The position numbers and the translations under genes are program-made. A stretch of 64,000 nt of DNA, taken from contig MU057880.1 in assembly GCA_013265495.1 (NCBI GenBank), positions 1,208,527 to 1,272,526 of the forward strand. The letters run 5' to 3'. Shown one piece after another: positions 54,769-64,000 of the stretch. Position 1 is the stretch's first letter, and the number at the start of each line of letters is the position of its first letter. The stretch comes from Vicugna vicugna (lineage: Eukaryota). The notes below the pieces were generated by a model that had not been told where the DNA came from, searched no databases, and saw only the letters and a program-made list of their open reading frames with translations.

Positions 54769-56567
54769 ACAATGCCTCCTGCCGTGTGTTTACAAGAGCT
54801 CAGCATCTGAGTGTCCTGCAATTATGTTTGCCAGTCTCTGAAGGGAGGTCTCCGGGTGCTCACGGTCCCCATGGGACAACGTCACAGTCTTTCTTCCTTG
54901 CCCCATTGTCCCCAGGCTAACACTGCCACCATTCAAGTTGTCTGAAGAAGGCCTCCCGTTGCTGTGACTGATAGCTGCACGAGCCCCGAGTTTCCGTGGC
55001 TGCAGCTCTCTGAGGCGTGGAGCCTGGTGGGGTCCAGAAGAAGCTCGGAGGACTCTCTCCTCACTGTGTGCCCTCTGGGTCCTGAAGGGGTTCTGCTCAT
55101 GCTCAACCTTCCAGCAAAGCTGCTTCTGCCCCCATGCCTCATCACCTGCACGCAGTCCTCAAAACAAAACAAGCCAACAACCAAAACCAAAACAAAGAAA
55201 CACATCAATCAATAATAATGTAATAATGATAATAATAATAAAAAGGAAAGGCAGTCAGTCTTCTTAGAGATCGAGCTCATGATTCTACCATACATGGTGA
55301 CTGAGCAGACCAAACACCGAACTTCAGCCTACAGGTCACTGCAATTTTGTCAGGAACAGAGGACTTGCCTTAAATGCATATTGATTTTCTAAAAACAAGA
55401 TGACAAGGTGTCCAGATCATTTTAACTCTCCACCTTTAGAGACCAAAACCTTCTCTTAGTGCCATATTTGACTGAAAGTTTTTACTTGATTTTTCTCTTC
55501 AAAAATGTCAAATCTCTTGAGTCCAGTCTTAGCCGGGATCTTGGTTGTGTTGAGTCATCTTTCACCTGCCCGCCAGCGAACCTACATAGCCTCTCAGCTT
55601 GCTTGTTGGCACGACCAACCACGTGATGGTTCTTCAACAGTGTCTCCAGCCAAGGGGGTCACAGGGTGAGAGGGACGCAATGTGACACTGGGAGTGGAAG
55701 GACAGAGGGGCAAGGTCATGGAGGTGCTGATGTGCTGAGCCTGTCGCTGATGACAGCTGGCAGGGGTCCTCAGTGGGTGCAGAGAGAAGTGAGGAGGGAA
55801 AGTCACTAATGGGGCTTTAAAAGGAAGTTTTCAGGGTGGTGTATGATACCACGAATGACAACTAACAATTACTGAGCGCTTACTCTAGGCAGGGACTGCG
55901 GGAAGACCCTTATCTGCATTATCACGTTCAATTCTTAGAACAACGCGGTAAGATACATGCTATTATTATTTCAGTTTTATGGATGAGAACACAGAGCAGG
56001 GTTCACAGAGTGTCCCTCTCAGATTCACACAGCTCATCGGTAGTAGTGCTGGTTCTCAAGCCGAAATCTCACTGATTTCACTGCTTGGGTTATTAATTCT
56101 TAATGCACCTTCCAAAACATTATGAGATCTGTGCCTTATTCTGACCTCTTCAATAGACCTGAAATGATGTGCATCCAAGTAAGTATCTGAAGCAGGTAAA
56201 AAACTGTAAAATATCTATACACCTTGATGTGTGTGTACAAATATTCTCTAAGCCTGCTCTGTCCACTGCCAATTAACTATGGCTCTGCTTGTCTTCTTTC
56301 TGACTTCTGAATCCTCCTAATCTGACTCTGTTCCCATTTATCTTTTTACTTTCAGGTGGATGTCTCATTTTCAAACTTAACGTGGATTTCTCCCTCTAGG
56401 ATCTCAGCTGGGTGTCATTCAGTTTTGAGGACCAAAACCAATAGAAAGAGAGTTTTCCATTTGCACGTAATCACAAGAAAAAGACCAGATATGTTTGAAA
56501 GGAACTGTCAACACTAAGCTATGGATCTGATATGGGAAGTTTATTAATGAAAATGTATAGTGACTCT

Positions 56568-57190
56568 AGTAATCCCACATCTGGGAATATATCCAAAGGA
56601 AATGAAATCAGTATCTCAAAGAGATGTCTGCACCCCCATGTTCACTGAAGCAAAGCCAAGAGAGGGACACAATCTAAGTGTCTGTCGACAGATGAATGAA
56701 AAAAAAATGTGACACAGAATGGAATGTTACTGTATATAGATTATGACAGAATATTATTAATCCATAAAAAAGAAGGAACTCTTGCAGCTCGACACAACAT
56801 GGAGGAACCTGGGGAACATTATGCAAAGTGTTAAGTGGCACGTTGTCACTTACACGTGGAATCCAAAAAAGTCTAAATCATAGAAGCAGAGAGTAGAATG
56901 GTGGTTGCTGGGGGCCGGGGGTGGGAGACATGAGGAGACAGTGCTGGTTAAACTTTCAGTTATAAGATGAGTAAGTTCTGGGGATCTAATGTACGGTGTC
57001 ATGATGACCCTTAATAATATTGTATACTTGAAATTTGCTCAATGAGTAGATCTTAATCATTCTCATCCCATACAGAAAGGTAACTGTGTGAGGTGATGGA
57101 TGAGTTAATCAGCTTGGTTGTAGAAATCATTTCACACATTGTACACTTTAAATATGTACAATTTCATTTATACCTCAATGAAGCTGCAAA
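56568..57190 (+). mobile_element. L1MA/L1MB-type 3' end
   Basis: AATCCCACATCTGGGAATATATCCAAAGGAAATGAAATCAGTATCTCAAAGAGATG...TATACCTCAATGAAGCTG. Confidence 0.88.
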
Positions 57191-57639
57191 AGTGATAGTG
57201 AAACTTTAACCCAGTTAGGGTCCAAAACTTGACACAAGCAACAACTCCAGTATCAGGGGAGCATGGAGTTGCTTTAGTTTTGTCTGTAGTTGATTTGGCC
57301 TTTCTTCTCACCTGCTCGTGAGAAGGAAAAACATTAGCTTTGAGGTAAAGCTTAGTGTGGTCTGCTCATTTACACAGAAGCTTGATTGAATGCTCAGTTT
57401 CTCTTAAAACTAAAAGAGCACAGACAGTGTCCAGTTGGTCAAATATTCACCCAGTCCCCTGCTGATCTCCCTCAAGGGGTGTCCCTGTGCCTGGGAGAAG
57501 GGCTGTGGCTTATGAGACATTATGAACACATGGAATCAGAGTCCTAAGATGCTATGTCTTATGTATCCTTTAGTTTCCAGGACAGAATCCCACTTAACCT
57601 CCGTCTCTCCTGCTGATAAACACGGCTCAAGAGGAACTC

Positions 57640-58075
57640 CTGCCTGGTGCTCCCCTCACGTGGTGAAAACTGCCCAAATCACCGATGCCAGCCGCATGGC
57701 TAAATCCAGTGGCTAATTCTTTGTCGTTATTTCTGTGACCCTATATTAGCACCTGTCACCGTGATTTCCCCGTCTCTTTGGCGTTTGTCCTTGACATGGC
57801 TTCCAGAACGTCACATCCTTCTGGTTCTCCAGCTGCACTCTGAAGGCTTCTTCAGTTGGCTTGGATGGCTCCTCACTGCACCCCCGGCCCCTCAGTGCTG
57901 GAGTGCCCCGTTGCTCTTCTGAAATCCAGCCCCACGTGCCTCATAGCTTGCTTGACTTCTACGTGTAAGTGTCCGGGAGAAAATGCAAACTCACCCCAGC
58001 TCGTCATCTTCCTGCTCTTGGTCAATGGCAGCCCCATCTTTCAAGCTGCTCAGACCAGAAATCTTGGGGTCCTGA
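57640..58075 (-). mobile_element. L2 remnant
   Basis: GGCTAAATCCAGTGG, TCCTTCTGGTTCTCC, GTCAATGGCAGCCCCATCTTTCAAGCTGCTCAGACCAGAAATCTTGGGGTC. Confidence 0.7.
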
Positions 58076-61000
58076 GGCTCTGCTAGCTCATGGCCTTGTC
58101 TCCTGCCCAACAGGGGAGAAACAGTTCAGGAGTTTTTGCTCTTAAGGTCTTGCCTCCTTGTGCTTCACAGGCCTCTCTCCGCTCTTACTTCACAGTGTCC
58201 ACTCTCCTGTAGCACATTGCCATTTTAAACTGCGCAGAATTGTGTTGAAAACCAGAGCCCTAGGTAATCTTGGGGTGAAATCACAGTGTTCAGTTTAAAT
58301 TTGAAGTGTAGTCTGAGATGACCTGTTTCATCAGCATCAATTGCATGCTAAATTGTCTCTGTCGACTTGAATAATAAGGCTAACTGTCCACATTTCCTTG
58401 GCCTCCTGTTGGTCCTCCATGGCGCCTCCAATTCAGCATATTTAAAACATTATCCTTCAGTAAGAAACACCTACGGCTATGCTGCCCTTCTTCTGGGAAT
58501 AGTACTTCTATTGTTCTTGGAATTAATCCTCTCCCTCCTCTAACTTTGTGGTTTCCATGAGCATGGCTGTTTTTCTTACATGAGTTTGCCCCACTGGCCT
58601 CATTTATTGGTTCAGGGGTATCTTCCAGGTCAAGTCAAACCAACAATAGGATTTCAAAACCCTAGGTACAATCCCTTGATTTATTACATGACACAGGGTG
58701 AGTCAATGAGAATCCTTCCTTAGAGATTTTGAACTTGGAAGTACAGAGCATAAAAGGCAGAGAGTAAAACTGCCTTTTAATCTCTGAATTTCCGGATTCA
58801 AACCTGGTTCAAGAATAGAGACAGAGCCAAGTTCAAAAATAGAGGTAGAACTTATGAAAAGGCAACCCGGGGAGCTGGGCGGTAGCCACCTTGCCAACAA
58901 TGCAGAAGAAAATGGTCTGGAAACCAGCATCCAGAGAGAGGCACAGGTGAAGGGTAAAAGACTGGATTCTGGTGACAGCCCAGTCCCCAGACTGAGTTTT
59001 TTCTGAGACTCTAGCCTTTCAGCAGGTATTCATGGAAGCTCTTACGCTGCATATTACAGAGGTGCTTTGTTAACTAGCCTAAGAGAGGAAAAAGGAATTT
59101 GTTTCCTTTTATGGATGGGAAGGGTGTTGAAATAGCTAATGTGATCAAAGAAATAATTGCATTAACAAGGCTTCTACCTATGCCTGGACCTGCTTGTCTC
59201 AGCTTTTGAGTTGGTCTCAACTGAACTTCATGCAATTAGCCTTTTCCGAGGTTGCCAAGGAAGAGGGTTGCTCGTTGCTACAGTTATTCATCCTTCTAAA
59301 CGTTGCCCCAAAGACAAAAGCCCTAGAAGAGTCTCTGCTGGCTTTAATAGAAGAGTCTCATGAAGTCCCCAGAGCGGCAAGCTCAGGTCTGTGACCACTT
59401 GTGAGCGGATCACTCTGGCCGGAGCGTGGGGCTCTCTGATTGGCCAGTCTTCGCTCAGTCATTGCTTCTCCGTCTGTGCGTAGGTCAGACGTGGCCGTAC
59501 TCAAAACCTGGACACTGTTATTAGAGGGGATATGAAGATGCATTCTGAGCAGACGACGCCGTAGCTACCACAGCTGCATCATCTCTACTGGGACCACCCT
59601 GTGTCAAGCCTCCATCATCTCAATCGGAATTATTCTGATGATCCGAAGATGGTTTTCCTGTTCTAAACCCCCTACCCCCGCCTCTCAGTCTGTCCCTAAA
59701 ACAACGAGAGTGATCCTTTTCGATCCTTTGTAGACTGTGTCCACTGAAAATCCTCCCGTGGCTCCGTATTTCCCTGGAGTCAAAGCCAATGTCCTTCCAT
59801 TGGCCCTGGCTTTGCTATGAGCTGTCCTGCAATATGACCTTCCCTCTCTCAATCCTGTCTGGCCATCCTAGCCATCCTGTAACGGAGTGGTGGCAGGGGG
59901 TGTAGTAGGATGGTTAGGACAAAAAAGTGGGTGAGAGGGCAAGTTGGACGCAGGGAATGCAGTGGGGGCAGGCTGAAGGGTGGGGTTTAAATAGCACAGA
60001 ATAAGAAGGTAAGAGGTGGGGTAGAAGCAGGTCAGGAATTCTGTCCAAACCAAGTCAAGTAAGAACATGATCCGGACCCAGCCACTTGGAAAGGAGCCCT
60101 GGATGAAGAAGGCAAGAAAACAGCCCCATCAGTATCTTCAGAGAAACTGGCAACCTCGAATGCCCCTGAGTCCCGGGTAGACATGGGCCAAGTGTGGTCT
60201 GGCTTCGTTGTGGAGGTATTTGGTGTCAGGAAGCCTGAGCATGTCTTGACAAAATAATATTTCCAAATCTGGTGGTATGCAGCACACACTCCATTAATAA
60301 TATTGACCTGCTTTTCTCCTAGAGAAGTGATGGGAACCGAATGTTCCTTGGGAGCAGCTGGGATGGGTCTAGGATGAGGGTGAGGGTTAGCACACCAAAG
60401 AGCCAAGGCGTGTGGGAGACTCAGCCTTGATCCAGCTCATGGATAATCTTCCTTTTTCTTCAGGGACAGAGAAGACATAGACCAAAAGCAAATATACCAA
60501 GTGCCATCTTTAAGATATCATTTTGATATGCTCAGGATTATCACCACAATGAGCAGAGACTCCAAAACAAAACGAATATAAAAACAGGTCTTTTGCTTGT
60601 TCAGTGTAAAAACATTGCACTCGGGAAAAGATGCTGCAACAAAATCTCCTGGGATTTCACAGCAAAATCAGGGTGGGAGACTGACCCAGCCTCATGGTCT
60701 GCCTTTTCTCTTTTTCTGGTACTGATCTCAGCCTGCTGACTCTGTTCCAGTCTGCACATGTTCCTTCTTGCTTTGTTTCTCAGCCAGGAGCTTTTGTTAG
60801 CTGCCTGCATCTAAGATTCAATACCCCGTATGATTACTTGGCTGTGGCTTGTCTAGTGGCCACTTGCTTTGCTGAGATCCCAGTGCTTGAGGTACCTGTC
60901 GGTGCAGGAGGCTCCAGTCTTGTTATCTTTCCCCTGTTGCCCCTTTGTCATCTGCATCCTGGTTTCTTCCAGATCAGGCCCTTGGGTGAACCTAGTTATC

Positions 61001-62199
61001 CTCAGAGATGCACCCACACAGACTCCGTGCAGACATCTCACGACAGGATGGAAGACTCTAACAGAGCACGTCCAGCTACCACATACAAGATTCTGCAGTG
61101 CTGACAAGGTTAAAGCTTGGGCGTATGCTATGAGAATTTGTTCCAGCTGAGAGTTTAGGACCTGGCATTCAATCATTTCTACTCGTTCAGAGTTGATCCT
61201 GTTGGTTCGCGTGGAGTTCCATCCCCCAGCTGCTGAGAATATAGAAACTGATGCTTAGAACTACAGCTCTGTCCAGAGCCCCCCTGGGTTAACAGGGTGC
61301 TTACTCCTCCCTTCCCCCAGCAGACCACGTGGATTAGAGTTCAAATCTCACTTGTGGCGTAGGTGGGGCTGGGGTTGGGGTGGGGGGGAATGCTTCCCCT
61401 GGGAAATCACTGTACGTGGTTCTCAGAGAAAGGTTAAAAGCCCGTGACTTTGTGCTGAGTGAGTGGTGTCAATCAAAATAATCCTTCCTCTCACCTTTAA
61501 ATGCAATCTCCCTGGAGACTTGCAATTTTTTGTCCATTCAAGCATTAAAAGCTTTCTCTCACTCTGATTGGGGAATGACTTCCAGATGAGAGCTCTGAGA
61601 CATCTCCTTAGACAAGCTGTTAAACCCGTACTCCGTCAAGTGTGTCTGAGCCCAGGAATGACTTGCATCTTTAGGAGGTAACAGATCTTCAGACTTAGAG
61701 AACAGGGGTAGGAGGCAGTGTGTTGGCCCCTCTCATCAAGCTGCAGGGATGTGAAGCTCTCCAGAGAGGAATTGGATTCTGTTGCCATGGCAACTGCTTC
61801 ACTGCTCCAGGAGAAAACAGGACAGCAATTGAAGTCTGGGTTAATAGCAGCTCTAAAAATAACCGGTTATGTGTCGAAATCAAGTGAAAGACCCAGAAAG
61901 CATAGGTAAAAATTACAACCTCGCAGGGCGGGACTGAAAATAAGGTATTGTGCAGAGGTTGTTACAACTACAATATGCTTTAAAGATTACAGGAATGGTT
62001 GGTGGCAAATATATTTTTGAGGGAATCAATTATTATTTAATTTGCTCGTTCATTCGGGTGACTGTTGAGCCCTGATTGTGTCCCAGCCACGAGGCAGGAC
62101 CTGAAGATACAGGCGTGTATCAGCGCTGTCTGTCTTACCTCGTGGTTTTGTGGGGGTAGTAGAAAAAAGTCTACCCTGGTTTAATGGATGTTTTGTTTG

Positions 62200-62700
62200 T
62201 GCACCGCATGCCATTCTGTTTCCCAGTTAGCAGCTGAGAGATTAAGGATTGGTATGGAATAGTCCCCAGCCCCAGGGACGATTTAGAAGCATTCACCGAC
62301 GGTTTTTGGTTCAGCCACGGGCAGGTAACCAAGGGGCGAACCGGTGTCACCTTCTTTTCTCTGCAGTGATTGGCTTCTGCCTGAAGCTCGGAAAACTCAT
62401 TTGGTGCTTGTGAGATGCTTGTAGGTTTTTGGACCTAGACGTGGAAGTCTGTTGCTTCAGGAAGCCACCCGGAGCTCAGGAGGAGAGCCAGCCTGAGGAG
62501 GAAGTCAGTGTGGACAAGGCCACACACTGGAGGATGACAGAGCAATGCCACCAGCGCGCCTGAGCTGCCCCGGACCTACTCCACCCTTGGCGGTTCCAGG
62601 TCTGCTTGCTAGTATGGTTTCTTCTTGGGATGCCGGAACTGAGTCTGTAGGTTTTCTGCTGCTGGAAAACAACATCAAAAGCACCCAAGTGATTACAAAT
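62200..62700 (+). mobile_element. Old MaLR (MLT1J/K-like) LTR
   Basis: 3' end GTAGGTTTTCTGCTGCTGGAAAACAACATCAAAAGCACCCAAGTGATTACA, plus internal GATTGG motifs. Confidence 0.5.
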
Positions 62701-63899
62701 GACATACCATGGGGTGAGTCAAAATTTGGAAATAAACAGAGGGAATGACGGATGGAGAGAGGAAGAATAAATCGGGGGGGAGAGGAGGTTGCAACTAAGT
62801 CCATCTTGGAGAAAGGTGCAGGAAGGATCAAAAGCATCCTCTCTCGTGATGCAGAGAATTCGGTGTTCTGTCGGCACAGCTCCTCACTGCCGGGCTCTCC
62901 AGGATTGCTGGAGAAATGGACCTCCCTCAACCCAGGCCCTGTGCCCAGGGGGACACTTCACCAACCTAAAGACATTGAGTCCAGGTGCCCGTGACTCACA
63001 CTGCCCTTTGGCAGCCCAGTGGCACATCAGTGCCCCGGATGCCGGTCGCCCTCCAAAGCCCTGTGGTGCTTCTGGGCTGTGGGTGAGGGAGGGGTGGCAG
63101 CACTCTGTGCTCTTCCCCGACCTCCGGCTCACAGCCCCTGGTGGACTGCATCCAGCCTCTGGCCCTTATCTCTGACCCCAACGGTGGATGCTGCTTCCTA
63201 CTCTTCCACAGAATTGCTTTGCATGGTCCCAGCCCCAGAGTCGGCCAGCAGTGTGAGGGAAACCAGAACGCAGATTGGGGCACCCTCTCTGGGCTCCTCT
63301 CTCCTCAAACCCCAGCTCCTTTGGCATCCCTGACTCCACATCTGTCTCAGCCTGGGGGGCTGCTGCCACCTTCTTGGGCTCCTGTCTCCCCGGGCACAAT
63401 TCAGAAGATGCCCACAGGAGAATTCCGACGTGTCTGTGGGGTGCCCCTGGTGTGCTTCCCTTTCTTAAGGATTCCAGCTGCTCCGTGATACTTGGGCTGG
63501 CTCTCCAAGGCCTTCAAAAGATGGCTTCCAGGTTGTTCCAACTTTTAAAGTTATTTTTGGTGGAAGATGTCATTTAATGTAAGCTACACTGTTGGATCTG
63601 GGGCTCAAAACTGCTGAATTTTATCGCTGAATTTTAACTTCAACAATGTCTTATTATCCTTTCTAAATTTTACTTTAAAATTTCTGTTCAATATGTGCTC
63701 AATCATTTTTAATCCCTTCTCACACTCACTTTATTGTCTTTTGAACATTATAGATATAGTAGACAGTAATTTGATATCTGGATTCTAATTCTAAAATTTC
63801 TCTGTCTCTTTTTCTTTTTTTCTTTTTAATATTGGTGATTTCTTATATTCACCTCATATAAACTGATATCCATTTGTAGAAAATTTAAATTTGAAAATT

Positions 63900-64000
63900 G
63901 TTTCTTTTTTTAAATTGAAGTATAGTTGATTTCCAATGCTGTGTTAGTTTCAAGTGTTCAAAAAAGTGAATCATTTATACATATATATGTGTGTGTGTAT
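63900..64000 (-). mobile_element. L1 3' terminus running off the window
   Basis: T tract followed by AATTGAAGTATAGTTGATTTCCAATGCTGTGTTAGTTTCAAGTG. Confidence 0.85.

Noticed and set aside
44470..64000. Neighbouring gene GASK1B (FAM198B), which lies head-to-head upstream in human
   Set aside because: No recognisable exon or second CpG-island promoter in this interval; it presumably lies beyond the window.

Overview
Mammalian genomic DNA, very probably camelid (alpaca, llama or camel): three tRNA-derived SINEs resemble the Camelidae vic-1 family. The window holds one complete protein-coding gene, TMEM144, an orphan 10-TM DMT/SLC35-like transporter on the minus strand. I reconstructed 11 coding exons between 38042 and 8939, all with GT-AG boundaries and consistent phase, totalling 1047 nt (348 aa plus stop). 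There is a CpG-island promoter at about 44.05-44.47 kb and a 3' UTR to about 7.4 kb. The rest is intronic or intergenic DNA full of L1, L2, MIR, MaLR, hAT-MER and ERV solo-LTR remnants. I see no second gene, RNA gene, CRISPR array or clearly novel system. The best leads are: (i) converging signs that TMEM144 is a lysosomal, TFEB/USF-regulated transporter (perfect CLEAR palindrome, DxxxLM motif, compatible glycosylation topology); (ii) an unidentified, TSD-flanked mRNA 3'-end retrocopy inside an old L1; (iii) sharp CpG-rich patches at the gene's 3' end that look like GC-biased gene conversion; (iv) intact solo LTRs and twin-primed L1 insertions. Repeat subfamily names and human comparisons are from recall, not from a search.
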